Shown in pieces: positions 17,154 through 27,145 of a stretch of DNA of 64,000 nt. Below the pieces are notes generated by a model. The model searched no databases and was not told where the DNA came from. It saw only the letters and a list, made by a program, of their open reading frames with translations. The stretch lies in contig OZ218778.1 of NCBI GenBank assembly GCA_965112635.1, positions 736,001-800,000 of the forward strand, given 5' to 3'. The position numbers were made by a program, and so were the translations under genes. The DNA is from an uncultured bacterium (GTDB taxonomy: Bacteria; Oederibacteriota; Oederibacteriia; Oederibacteriales; Oederibacteriaceae). How positions within the stretch are numbered: the stretch's first letter is position 1; every line of letters starts with the position of its first letter.

Positions 17154-18302
17154 TTACCGCATTATCTTTCCCGACCAAAGTTCTTCCAGAAAAATATTCC
17201 AGGGCAGTATCCGGATGTTTCCCATCTTACGGGGTTTCGCGTCCCGTGATACCAGCAGCGCCTCTTTGACGCGGTATTCTTCCTGGAATGCTCTGAGCCC
17301 CCTGGCGTGGCGGTCGTCGGCGGTTTGGGCCGCTTTAACTTCCACCACCACTTCATGGTCCCCCAGGATAAAATCCACCTCCAGCTGTGAGGCGGTCCGC
17401 CAAAAGCACACCGGGTAATCCAAGCCGCTGTAACGGCTATGGGCCCAGATTTCCTGGAAAAGGAAGTGCTCAAAGGCCTTGCCAAAGGACTCGCCCCCCT
17501 CGGAGACTTTCCCGCGTTTCAAAAGATGGCCGGCCACCCCGACATCAAAAAAGTAGAACTTGGGCGCCTGGATGACCCTGCGTTTGGGATTTTTCCTAAA
17601 GGAGGATATCTGGGTCGCCACCAGGGTATCCTCCAGGATCTGGAAATATTCCTTTACCGTCGGCGGGCTGATGCCGCATTCCGTGGCGATATTTTGGTAG
17701 TTGAGGATCTCCCCATTGCTGAAGGCCGCGGCTTCCAGAAAACGGGCGAAGGCGGGGATGTTGCGGGCCAAAGCCTCGGCGGCGATCTCTTCTTTTAGAT
17801 AGTCCCCCAGGTAAGCAGCCATAAGTTTTTCGGCATCCTCGACCAGGTAATGCCGCGGCAGGAGGCCGTGGTTCAAGGCTCTGGTAAGGTCAAACCCGGG
17901 TATTTCCGCGCTGACCAGGGGGTGCAGCTCGTACCTCAAGGCCCGGCCTCCCAGCAGGTTGGCCCCGGAACGTTTCAGTTTCCGGGCGCTGGAGCCGCAC
18001 AGGATAAAGGAGAGATGGTGGTTGACGATCAGCCATTGGATCTCATCCAGCAAAGCCGGGCACTTTTGGACTTCATCAATGATAATGGGGGTCCCGGGAG
18101 CCGGAAGCGCGGCCAGGATCTCCTCCCTCAAAAGAGCGGGATGCCGCGACAACCGGGCGTATTCGTCTGACAGGAGGAGATCGTAGTAGGGCGCTTGGGG
18201 GAAAAACTCCTTTAACAGCGTACTTTTCCCGGTCTGCCTGGCGCCCCAAAGAAAGGCGCTTTCGTTTTTTCGTCCCTGGAAGGTCTGCAGTCGTTTAAAC
18301 AT
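17154..18302 (-). CDS. AAA_14 ATPase with C-terminal DUF4143 (PD-(D/E)xK-like) domain
   Basis: GARQTGKS, IIIDEVQK, KFYFFDVG, EVDFI...VEVK. Confidence 0.9.
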   Translation of the reverse strand: MFKRLQTFQGRKNESAFLWGARQTGKSTLLKEFFPQAPYYDLLLSDEYARLSRHPALLREEILAALPAPGTPIIIDEVQKCPALLDEIQWLIVNHHLSFILCGSSARKLKRSGANLLGGRALRYELHPLVSAEIPGFDLTRALNHGLLPRHYLVEDAEKLMAAYLGDYLKEEIAAEALARNIPAFARFLEAAAFSNGEILNYQNIATECGISPPTVKEYFQILEDTLVATQISSFRKNPKRRVIQAPKFYFFDVGVAGHLLKRGKVSEGGESFGKAFEHFLFQEIWAHSRYSGLDYPVCFWRTASQLEVDFILGDHEVVVEVKAAQTADDRHARGLRAFQEEYRVKEALLVSRDAKPRKMGNIRILPWNIFLEELWSGKIMR

Positions 18303-18602
18303 AGACTTAGTTTATCATGATATTATAAACAGTCAACTTAGAATGTCATAAAGCAAGGACACCACGGACAGAGCTCTCCTAGAGGGCCCTCGGCTTCGCC
18401 AGCCTCGACGGCTAGGCTCACAATGACAATTTGAGCAGGGAATCGCTTGTTTTGCTATATTAAATAATGAAAAACATCAAAGTGTCCAAATATGTTAAAA
18501 ATAGTCAAAATATTATCAATTTTTGATGATATTTATCACTTTTTGATAGTTTTTTGTCAGTTATTGACAATTTTGAACATGTTTTTAACATAAATGAAAC
18601 CT

Positions 18603-20069
18603 TCAACCTTTTATGGTAGCTAAAGGCCTTAATTTTGCCACCTTTTTGGATATGCCCAACTGGTGTACCACCTCCACAACCTCATTGACATCTTTGTAGG
18701 CCTCCGGGCTTTCCTCAGCCACAGTCCCGCTATCCCGGGCTTTTAAAAATACCCCGTATTTTTCCATCATTTCCCTGGGGATATTATGCCCCTGCCCCAG
18801 CTTGAGGGCCGCGGTCCGGCTCATCAGCCGGCCTGCGCCGTGGCAGGTGGAACCAAAAGTCTCCTTCATAGCCAGGTCCGTGCCTTTGAGCACATAGGAG
18901 GCCCTGCCCATATCCCCGGGGATGAAGACCGGCTGGCCGACGGGCCTGTATTTGGCCGGGATCTGGCTGTTTCCCGGCCCAAAAGCCCGGGTAGCCCCTT
19001 TGCGGTGCACGCAGACCTTGCGGAGCTTCCCCTGGACCAAATGTTCCTCGATCTTGGCGCTGTTGTGGGCCACGTCATAGACGAGTTCCAGCCCCAGGTC
19101 CCGGGCTTTTCTTCCCATTACCTGGCTGAAGGTGTCCCGGACCCAGCAGGTGATGAGCTGGCGGTTGGCAAAGGCGTAATTGACCGCACAGGCCATAGCG
19201 GCCAAATAGTGGCGGCCCTCCTTTGATCTAATGGGCGCGCAGGCCAGCTGGCGGTCAGGCAAGTCAAACCCAAAATCCCCTTTTTTGCTGTTGAGGAGTT
19301 TCAAATGGTCGTCGCAGACCTGGTAACCGAACCCCCTAGAGCCGGTGTGCAGGAGAACGGCCGCCTGACCCAAAAAAAGCCCGAAGGTTGTCGCGGCTTC
19401 TGCGTCGTAAATTTCCTCCACCACCTGTATTTCCAAAAAATGGTTGCCCGAACCCAGAGTGCCCAGCTGTTTTTTGCCCCGCTCCCTGGCCCGAAGACTC
19501 ACCAGCTCCGGGTCCGCGCCAATATAGGAACCTGTTTCCTCGATGTATTCCAGATCGTCAAAATCATCCTGGCTTTGGCCAAAACCCTGCTCCACCACCC
19601 AGCCCGCGCCTAAAGCGCAGACCTTGGCCGTGTCCTGGGGCGAAAGTTTGACCTTGCCCTCAGACCCCACGCCGGTGGGGATGTTGTCGTAAAGTTTCAG
19701 GATTAGTTTTTTCAGGACATCAGCAGGAAGGTCCTTTAGGCTGAGCTGGGTCCGGAGCAGTCTCACCCCGCAATTGATGTCATAGCCCACTCCGCCCGGC
19801 GACACCACGCCCTCGTCGCAGTCCATGGCCGCCACGCCTCCGATGGGAAACCCGTAGCCCCAGTGAATGTCCGGCATGGCGTAAGAGTAACGCAGGATGC
19901 CCGGCAGATGCGCCACATGGGCCACCTGCTCCAGAGCGTTATCATGCTGCATGGCCCGCATCATGGCCTCGCTGGCCAGGATGCGTCCCGCTACTCTCAT
20001 GCCGGCCTCGCTGTCCTGGGGGATCTCCCAGCAGTAGTCGTTGATCTTTTTTATCTTAACTTCCATCAA
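18603..20069 (-). CDS. rtcB: RNA-splicing/repair ligase RtcB (long, archease-dependent type)
   Basis: MPDIHWGYGFPIGG, GYDINCG, GSGNHF, HTGSRG, HN, HGAGR motifs. Confidence 0.95.
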   Translation of the reverse strand: MMEVKIKKINDYCWEIPQDSEAGMRVAGRILASEAMMRAMQHDNALEQVAHVAHLPGILRYSYAMPDIHWGYGFPIGGVAAMDCDEGVVSPGGVGYDINCGVRLLRTQLSLKDLPADVLKKLILKLYDNIPTGVGSEGKVKLSPQDTAKVCALGAGWVVEQGFGQSQDDFDDLEYIEETGSYIGADPELVSLRARERGKKQLGTLGSGNHFLEIQVVEEIYDAEAATTFGLFLGQAAVLLHTGSRGFGYQVCDDHLKLLNSKKGDFGFDLPDRQLACAPIRSKEGRHYLAAMACAVNYAFANRQLITCWVRDTFSQVMGRKARDLGLELVYDVAHNSAKIEEHLVQGKLRKVCVHRKGATRAFGPGNSQIPAKYRPVGQPVFIPGDMGRASYVLKGTDLAMKETFGSTCHGAGRLMSRTAALKLGQGHNIPREMMEKYGVFLKARDSGTVAEESPEAYKDVNEVVEVVHQLGISKKVAKLRPLATIKG

Positions 20070-20187
20070 AAGCCTTTCTCCTGGAATTATTAATTGTATT
20101 ACCCTCTTGGCCGAATATAATAGGTCTCACACAGGAAATATCCATCCTTCTTAGAAAATATTTTGCCGGCCAAGGAGCAATGACCTG

Positions 20188-22092
20188 ATGGGTGATCTGA
20201 AAAAATGGAGTTTTAGTTCGTTCCTCCTTATCCTGCTCCTGGCCGCGACCTTTTTCTCCCTGAGCTTCACCCTGTTCTGCAGGATGGACGCCTGGATGGA
20301 TTCGGACAACGCCTCGGACGCTTTTTTGGCCAGGGAAATGCTGCATGAGCACAGCCTTCTCCCCGCGACCTGGTTCTACAGCTCCGAAATAAAGGTCCTC
20401 TCCGCCCCGCTCTTGATAGCGCCCGTCCTGCAATGGACCCACGACCTGATGCTGTCGCGCTCTCTGGCCAGTATCCTGCTCGTCCTGTTCTTGTGCTTTG
20501 TCTGGGCCGCGTACCTGAGGTCGCTGCGGCAGACCTGGTTTGCCATCGGCCTGACGCTCCTGCTTTTGCTGAGTCCCCTGTCTTCGCCGGCTGTTTTGGA
20601 CAGTTTTTTTATCACGGCCAACTACGACCCCTTCATCATCTGCATCCTGCTCGTCCTGATGGCGGTCAACCGCCTGGCGGACGCCAAAAAAACTCTCCTG
20701 AACAGCCTCACCCTGGGGCTGGTCCTCTTGCTGTCCTATCTGCTGGGCCTGTCCGGGCCGCGCTTCCTGGCCTGCCTGTTCCTTCCGCTTCTTATGACCG
20801 AACTGCTCCTGAACTTGTTTCGCCAAAAGCACCTGTTCTCCAAAAATATCGTCCTCAGCCTGGCCCTGGTCCTGCTGTGCGGCCTGGGCTACCTGCACAC
20901 CAGATCTTTGGCGGCCTCAGGCGTCCTGCACTACTCGGATTATTCCTCCATCAGGATGGCGGGCTGGGCAGACCTCCCGCTACGCCTCCTCCGGGCTTGC
21001 AGCGCCATGCTGGTCTTGGCCGGCGGGCTTCGCCCGGTCCCGTTGGCCAGCCTGGCCGGGCTGGCCACGCTTTATCAGGCCCTGTTCTTCTTTTTCCTTT
21101 GTTTTGCCGCTGTTTCCGCGGTGTTCCGGTGGAAAACCCGTTCAGAAAGGCAAAAGCGCCTGGTCCTGTTTTTCTGGACAGCCGCGGCCATCAACTTTGG
21201 CTATATCGTGCTTTCAGCCATCCGCATTTCCGAACGCTACCATCTCCTGACCCTGGTCTTTATGTTCCTCCTGTTGCCCCTGCTCCTGGACACGGCCCCC
21301 CAGCGTCCTTTCCCCAAGGCCGTTCTCTTCCTTTTGATCATCCTGGAGGTCCTCGCGGTCCAATACCAGGTCATGGTCAGGGAAAGTTATCTCAAACCAG
21401 CCCAGGTGGACCAGCGCCGGGTCGTCGATTATCTGGAGAAGAACGGCTACACCTTCGGCTATGCCACTTACTGGCACGCGGGCCTCTTGTCCCTGCTGTC
21501 CAACGGACAGGTGGAGATAGCCCACATCCACGGAGCGCTTTTTTCGGCGCCGGCGCTCTGGCTGACCCCCAGCCGCTATTACGACCGCAACTACCATCCC
21601 GGCCGGACTTTCCTCCTGCTCACCTCAGACGAGGCCGCCCGGGCTCCGGAAACTCTTTTATGGGGTTCGGTGAAGCAGGCTGAGGTGGCCGGCTATGTGA
21701 TCTACGGCTGGGAGAACAATCCCTTTGATTTTTTGCTTTTTTTTCCCTGGGAACACAGGGACCTGGACTTGGCCCATCTGCCCCGGCAGGGAGGAAAAAC
21801 GAACAAGGACGGCTCCCTACTGCTCCAGCCCGGAGAGCGTGTCTACGGGCCGTTCTGGACGCTGTCGCCTGGAAAATATTTGCTCAAGCTGGGGTTCAAG
21901 GCCGGCCAAAAGATCAAAGCAAGGGTTTTGGTCTGCTCCGGAGAAGATCTGATAACCCAGGCCGTGGTCTCCCGCGATACGGCGATCCCTTTCAGCCTGG
22001 CCCAAAGCACGCCCAGCCTGGACTTCCCGGTTTACAACCCTGGCCCCGGTCCCTTGACCGTCCGAGCCATGTCCCTGGAAGCCGTGAAGTAA
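20188..22092 (+). CDS. Multi-TM membrane protein, GT-C glycosyltransferase-like, with extracytoplasmic C-terminal domain
   Basis: DSD motif after TM1, about 11 TMs, GYATYWHA motif, VYGPFWTLSPGKY tail. Confidence 0.6.
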   Translation: MGDLKKWSFSSFLLILLLAATFFSLSFTLFCRMDAWMDSDNASDAFLAREMLHEHSLLPATWFYSSEIKVLSAPLLIAPVLQWTHDLMLSRSLASILLVLFLCFVWAAYLRSLRQTWFAIGLTLLLLLSPLSSPAVLDSFFITANYDPFIICILLVLMAVNRLADAKKTLLNSLTLGLVLLLSYLLGLSGPRFLACLFLPLLMTELLLNLFRQKHLFSKNIVLSLALVLLCGLGYLHTRSLAASGVLHYSDYSSIRMAGWADLPLRLLRACSAMLVLAGGLRPVPLASLAGLATLYQALFFFFLCFAAVSAVFRWKTRSERQKRLVLFFWTAAAINFGYIVLSAIRISERYHLLTLVFMFLLLPLLLDTAPQRPFPKAVLFLLIILEVLAVQYQVMVRESYLKPAQVDQRRVVDYLEKNGYTFGYATYWHAGLLSLLSNGQVEIAHIHGALFSAPALWLTPSRYYDRNYHPGRTFLLLTSDEAARAPETLLWGSVKQAEVAGYVIYGWENNPFDFLLFFPWEHRDLDLAHLPRQGGKTNKDGSLLLQPGERVYGPFWTLSPGKYLLKLGFKAGQKIKARVLVCSGEDLITQAVVSRDTAIPFSLAQSTPSLDFPVYNPGPGPLTVRAMSLEAVK

Positions 22093-22103
22093 CCTTGGCC
22101 GGA

Positions 22104-24611
22104 TCAGCGCAGGTTTTTCAACAAATATTCGCCGCTCAGGCGGACATTCCAGTACGGACTCGCCAGACAAAGCTTGATCTCCTGTTTCAGCGAGGCCAAA
22201 GGCGGATGTATCCTGGCCAGGGCTTTGGCCGCGGGCAGGCTCAGCGACCAGTTCAACAGCAGAGGTTTTAGGGACGCTACAGCCGGCCCGGCCTCCGGCC
22301 CGATATTGCCCAGGGCCATGACGCAGCTGGACAGCAGCCGGCCGTCGCTCATGGCCTCTATAAGCACAGGCACAGCCGGTTTGGCCGCGGCCCCCATTTT
22401 GCCCACGCTATAAACCGCCATGTTTTTGAGGTCGTACGACCTTCCCGGCCTCTGGATGATCTTTTCCAGCAGGCCCAGGCTGTTCCTGGCTCCGCCGGCC
22501 ATCCGCGAGAGCGCGTAGACCGGCATGAGTGAACTTTCCTCGTCCGAATCCCTCAGCCCTTGCACGAGCCCGGGAATATTTTTTTCTCCCCCGCGGGCCA
22601 GAAGTGCCGCCGCGCCGCATTGCCGCCTCCAGTCCGCGTCGGTCAAATGAACGAGGGCTCCTGCCGCACCGGCCCCCTCTTTTTTGATCACGGCTTCGCT
22701 CTGGCTGAGCTCGCGGTCCAGCTCCAGGCTGGCGCTGCCCGGGACAGCCCTATGGCCCAGGTCAAAGCAAAGATAATCTTCTCCGCTCAAGACCCCGGCC
22801 TCCGGCACGATCCAGCGGCTGAAAAATTCCGCGGACTCCGGGCACAGGACGGTCCGGTGCAGGACGATGTACCTGACCTTGTTCCGGCTGAGGAACTCCC
22901 TCCATTGGCCGACCTCCGCCCTTTCCGGCGGGAAAGAGCCCGGCACCTTTTGGCGCTGATCGAGATCGTTGAGCACCCAGTCCGCGGCCAGGGCCTCTCC
23001 GGTCCGGCGCGGTATCCTGGACACATAACCGCTGATGATATTTTTCTGGTGCACGATCTGGTAGGTCTGCCCTGAGACCTTCATGTATTTTCCGTAAAGA
23101 AGCATGCCGTCCTTGGCCATAAAGGGAATTTCCAGCACCGTGCACGGCTCCGGGTCGCGGGCCATGACCCTGTAAATATCGGGGATAGGGGGATATTGGT
23201 ACAGCGGCAAAGGAAAGCACAAAAACTCGAACAAAAGGCCGGCCGCCGCCAGGGACCCGGCCAGCCAGGACCAGATACGCCGCCCTGCCAAAACCTCTTT
23301 CCAGCGGTCCCAGCAAAAACCCAGCGTCAGGCCCAGGCCGAGCATGGCCAGGACCATGAGCCTGGCGGGAACATGGAAATTCTTTATCACCGGCAGGTAC
23401 TGCGTCAGCAGGAAAGGTAGGGGCAGGGGCAGGCCGAGCACGGTCACCAGGCTGGCGTTGGCCCGGAGCGCCGGCCCTAAACTGAAGATGAGAAAAAATA
23501 AAAAAGCCGCCAGCCACATCCCGGCCTCTTTGCGCCTGAAAGCTTTTATAAAAAACCCGGAAACCAGCAGGGCCGCGCAGGTCCAGCCCAGGAAAACCGT
23601 GTTCTCGTAGGAGTAGAACGCAGAGTCCCCGGAAAAAAACCTGTGGAAAACCGGATGCAGGAACGAGGGAGTGAAGAGGGCGGTCAGGTCGGCAGAGTTG
23701 CGGCTGCAGACGGCGTAGTTGGATTGGAAATGCCGGACCAGGTCCTGCAGCGGCAAACCGCCTCCCAGATAGCGGCCGAACTGACGCAGGTCCGTGGACA
23801 GGCTGGAGCCGTTGTAGCTATAGACATTGGAATCCATGGATAAAACCGCGGATAGGAACGGAGCAAGCAAAACCAGGAATGGAAGGGACAAAGCCAGCGC
23901 CTGCGCCCAGCCAAAGGCAGGGACCTTGTCCCTGGGCCGGTCATGAAAAATGAAAAGGAGCAGGCCGAGGCCCAGGCACCAGAACACGCTGACTTGCTCC
24001 GCCCACGCCTGCAGGCCCAAAAAAACAGAGGCCCACAGGGCGTCTAGCCGCCTTCTTTTCCGGAAATACCTCGTCAGGAACAAAAGGAAGAACGGGACCG
24101 CTTCGGTGCTGACGATGGCCAGGTGCCCCGCGGAAATATATCCCATCCGCACCGGAGCGAACCCGAAAACAAAACCAGCCAGAAGGCCAGCTAGAAAACT
24201 CAGCCCGTATTCCCGGGCCAGCATGTACGCGCCCCAGGCTGAAAAACAGAACGAGACCAGATACCCCGCGTTGAAAGCCCGCAAGAGCCCCAGCCAAGGC
24301 TGGAGCAGGGTCTGGTAAACGCCGTGCAAAGGAATGGAACCGTCATAGGCCAGGCTCGCGCCGTAGGGATAAAAGAGCATGCTGGTGTGGAACGGGTTGG
24401 TCCCGTGCCCCAGCGCATAAGCGAAGTGCCAGGCCTCCCAGACGATCAGCTCCGTGTCCCCGCCGAAATTCCATCCGCCGGGAACGCGGGTATCAAAATG
24501 CTGGAACCAGGGCCAGGTATAGAGAGCGGTCAGCAGGATGAACAGGCCCAGGGCCAGGAAAGACTCTCTGGTCCTGTGTCCTGTATCCCGGTTGATGGTC
24601 TTTTTTTTCAT
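22104..24611 (-). CDS. YfhO-like/GT-C membrane protein fused to C-terminal HEAT (PBS-lyase) repeats
   Basis: GD..WEAW..NPFHT..FYPYG, many TMs, PARL; C-terminal MALGNIGPEAGPAV-type repeats. Confidence 0.65.
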   Translation of the reverse strand: MKKKTINRDTGHRTRESFLALGLFILLTALYTWPWFQHFDTRVPGGWNFGGDTELIVWEAWHFAYALGHGTNPFHTSMLFYPYGASLAYDGSIPLHGVYQTLLQPWLGLLRAFNAGYLVSFCFSAWGAYMLAREYGLSFLAGLLAGFVFGFAPVRMGYISAGHLAIVSTEAVPFFLLFLTRYFRKRRRLDALWASVFLGLQAWAEQVSVFWCLGLGLLLFIFHDRPRDKVPAFGWAQALALSLPFLVLLAPFLSAVLSMDSNVYSYNGSSLSTDLRQFGRYLGGGLPLQDLVRHFQSNYAVCSRNSADLTALFTPSFLHPVFHRFFSGDSAFYSYENTVFLGWTCAALLVSGFFIKAFRRKEAGMWLAAFLFFLIFSLGPALRANASLVTVLGLPLPLPFLLTQYLPVIKNFHVPARLMVLAMLGLGLTLGFCWDRWKEVLAGRRIWSWLAGSLAAAGLLFEFLCFPLPLYQYPPIPDIYRVMARDPEPCTVLEIPFMAKDGMLLYGKYMKVSGQTYQIVHQKNIISGYVSRIPRRTGEALAADWVLNDLDQRQKVPGSFPPERAEVGQWREFLSRNKVRYIVLHRTVLCPESAEFFSRWIVPEAGVLSGEDYLCFDLGHRAVPGSASLELDRELSQSEAVIKKEGAGAAGALVHLTDADWRRQCGAAALLARGGEKNIPGLVQGLRDSDEESSLMPVYALSRMAGGARNSLGLLEKIIQRPGRSYDLKNMAVYSVGKMGAAAKPAVPVLIEAMSDGRLLSSCVMALGNIGPEAGPAVASLKPLLLNWSLSLPAAKALARIHPPLASLKQEIKLCLASPYWNVRLSGEYLLKNLR

Positions 24612-24665
24612 GTTTGTGTTTCCTTAAGAAAGAAATCTCCCCGTTAAAAAGGAAAAGGCAGCCGC

Positions 24666-25424
24666 TTAAAATCTCCACGCTTGGAGTTTTTCCATGAACC
24701 CGTGGTCCGTCAGGTCGTAGTGGAGAGGGGTGATGGACACAAAACCCTTTTGCAGGGCGTTCATGTCGCTCCCCTCGGGCTCCTGCAGGCTGAGCTGTTC
24801 GGCGGTCAGCCAGTAATAGACCCCGCCCTTGGGGTCCCGGCGTTTGAGGTAAGTATCGGTGTACTTGAATTTCCCCTGGCGGGTCACGCGGATGCCTTGG
24901 ATACGGGAAAGGGGCTTGTCGGGCACGTTGACGTTCAAAAGGATATTGGAGGGCAAACCGTATTTTTTGATCTTCTCGATGATCCGGCCGGCGATCACGC
25001 CGGCTGTCCCGTAATGCGCCGGTTTTTTGGTCTTGTTCCAGATCGAAACGGCCATGGCGGGAACACCCATGATATTGCCTTCGATGGCCGCGGAGACCGT
25101 GCCAGAATACAGGACATTGGTTCCAGTGTTGTGGCCCGGGTTGATGCCGGACACGACCAGGTCCGGCTTGTGCCGGAGCAGGGCCTTGACCGAAAGTTTG
25201 ACGCAGTCAGCCGGGGTGCCGTTGACGCTAAAACCGAAAAATCTTCCCTTTATCCTGACCGGGGTCACCCGCAGAGGATCGAGCACGGTCAGGGAGTGGC
25301 CGGATGCGCTTTTTTCCGCTTCCGGCGCGACCACGTCGACCTGGGCCTTTTTCTGCAGGGCTTTTTTGAGGACCCTTAAACCTTCGCCTTGGATGCCGTC
25401 GTCGTTGGTCAGAAGGATCCTCAT
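24666..25424 (-). CDS. surE: 5'/3'-nucleotidase SurE
   Basis: MRILLTNDDG, GTPADCV, SGIN.G.N, YSGTVSAA. Confidence 0.96.
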   Translation of the reverse strand: MRILLTNDDGIQGEGLRVLKKALQKKAQVDVVAPEAEKSASGHSLTVLDPLRVTPVRIKGRFFGFSVNGTPADCVKLSVKALLRHKPDLVVSGINPGHNTGTNVLYSGTVSAAIEGNIMGVPAMAVSIWNKTKKPAHYGTAGVIAGRIIEKIKKYGLPSNILLNVNVPDKPLSRIQGIRVTRQGKFKYTDTYLKRRDPKGGVYYWLTAEQLSLQEPEGSDMNALQKGFVSITPLHYDLTDHGFMEKLQAWRF

Positions 25425-25448
25425 TTTTTTTGTCCTATCTCCGCTTGG

Positions 25449-26543
25449 TCAAACATTGAACCGGAAATGCACCACGTCGCCGTCCTGCATGACGTAATCC
25501 TTGCCTTCGGAGCGCAGTAAACCCTTCTCCCGGACCGCCAGCTCCGAACCCAGTTTATCCAGCTCATTAAAGGAAAAAACCTCGGCCCGGATGAATCCCC
25601 TTTCAAAATCAGTGTGGATGACGCCGGCGCACTGGGGCGCTTTCATGCCTTTCTCGAAGGTCCAGGCGCGCGTTTCGTCAGGCCCGCCGGTCAAAAAAGT
25701 CTGCAGTCCCAGAAGCTCGTAGCCGGCCCGGATGAGGGCATTAAGGCCAGGCTCTTTAAGGCCCAGAGAGGCCAAAAACTCGGCCTGCTCTTCTTGAGGG
25801 AGGGCCAGGAGCTCGGCTTCGAGCTGGCAGCACAGGACCACCACCGGGATATGCTGTTTGGCGGCCAAATCCTTGAGGGCTTGGGTATGGCCGGACTCCT
25901 GCTTGAGCCCGGCCTCGTCCACGTTGGCCACATACAAGAGGGGCTTGTGCGTCAAAAGCGCCAAAGAATTTAGAAACTTGGTTTCTTCCTCGTCCCAGGT
26001 GACGAACCGGAGCGACCGGCCCTGGTCTAAAGCATCTTTGGCTTTTTTCAGCACCGCTAACTGAAAGAGCACGGTTTTATCCTGCGACTTGGCTTGCTTG
26101 GCGGCTTTGTCCAAACTCTTGGTCACGGAATCCAGATCTTTGAGCAAAAGTTCGGTCTCGATGATCTCCACGTCACGCTGGGGGTCGATGCTGCCGGCCA
26201 CGTGCACGACATCTTTTTTGTCAAAACAGCGGACCACTTCCACGATGGCCTGGCACTCCCGGATGTGGCTCAAGAACTGGTTGCCCAGTCCTTCGCCCTG
26301 GCTGGCGCCCTTGACCAGGCCCGCGATGTCCACGAACTGCACCTGGGCCGGCACGTTCCTTTTGGGATGGTAGAGCTCCACCAGTCGGTCCAATCTCGCG
26401 TCCGGCACCGCGACCACGCCCACATTGGGGTCGATGGTGCAGAAAGGATAGTTGGCCGCCGCCGCGTTGGCGTGGGTGAGCGCGTTAAAGAGCGTGGACT
26501 TGCCCACATTGGGCATGCCCACGATGCCGCAGGAAAGGCTCAT
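25449..26543 (-). CDS. ychF: Ribosome-binding ATPase YchF
   Basis: [40 protein letters not shown]. Confidence 0.97.
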   Translation of the reverse strand: MSLSCGIVGMPNVGKSTLFNALTHANAAAANYPFCTIDPNVGVVAVPDARLDRLVELYHPKRNVPAQVQFVDIAGLVKGASQGEGLGNQFLSHIRECQAIVEVVRCFDKKDVVHVAGSIDPQRDVEIIETELLLKDLDSVTKSLDKAAKQAKSQDKTVLFQLAVLKKAKDALDQGRSLRFVTWDEEETKFLNSLALLTHKPLLYVANVDEAGLKQESGHTQALKDLAAKQHIPVVVLCCQLEAELLALPQEEQAEFLASLGLKEPGLNALIRAGYELLGLQTFLTGGPDETRAWTFEKGMKAPQCAGVIHTDFERGFIRAEVFSFNELDKLGSELAVREKGLLRSEGKDYVMQDGDVVHFRFNV

Positions 26544-26645
26544 CTAAAAAAACCTCCGTCCGGTCCTCCCCCGGAAAAACTCCTCCCCTTGAGTTAGGTT
26601 TGCCTGGGGAGGGATGACGCCGTGGTGAAAAGCGCGCGCAAAAAA

Positions 26646-27062
26646 CTAAATGTCAAAATAGACCTGGATCCTCCAGCCGCCGCTCTTGGGCTGTTCGATC
26701 TTGAGCCGGTGATAGGTGACCCCTTTGACTTCGCGCTTGATGCGGTGGCTCTTGTCCCGTTCTTCGCCGTAGACCACGGCTTCGAGCAGGCGCTTGGTGC
26801 AGGTCTTGACCAGCACGCGCTTGGCCAGGAAGTTATTGACCTCGAAGCGGTACAGGAGGTCGTCCAGGAAATTGAACAAAAGCTCCTCGTGGTTGTTGCC
26901 CTGGAACCTGACCTCCAGGGTCTCCAGTTCCTCGACGCCGGTCAGGTCCGAGATGAACGAGAACATCCCCAAAGCGGTAGAGCCGATGGCCTCTTCCAAA
27001 GTTTCCCCTGTGGCCAGGATACCCACATCGGCGGTATGTTCCACGAACTTAAAAGGCACCAC
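26646..27062 (-). CDS. Archease (RtcB activator)
   Basis: EHTADVG...EVKGVTYH...FDI C-terminus. Confidence 0.93.
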   Translation of the reverse strand: MVPFKFVEHTADVGILATGETLEEAIGSTALGMFSFISDLTGVEELETLEVRFQGNNHEELLFNFLDDLLYRFEVNNFLAKRVLVKTCTKRLLEAVVYGEERDKSHRIKREVKGVTYHRLKIEQPKSGGWRIQVYFDI

Positions 27063-27145
27063 GCAAAAACCTCTCTTCTCCTTGATAGCCCGGCGGCCTG
27101 ATGGGCCTGGGACAAAAAAACCGGGGTATTACGACCGGGAAACCC

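Noticed and set aside
3270-18302. Integron cassette array (all genes co-oriented with intergenic hairpins)
   Set aside because: No RYYYAAC...GTTRRRY attC boxes seen after stops and no integrase in the window
18365-18430. REP-like remnant (..ggctcacaatgac), also gtcatgcccg.. near 55180
   Set aside because: Too degenerate and single-copy here to support a call
20433-21683. 416-aa alternative-frame ORF inside the GT-C-like gene
   Set aside because: Pro/Gly/Arg-rich off-frame artefact of high GC3
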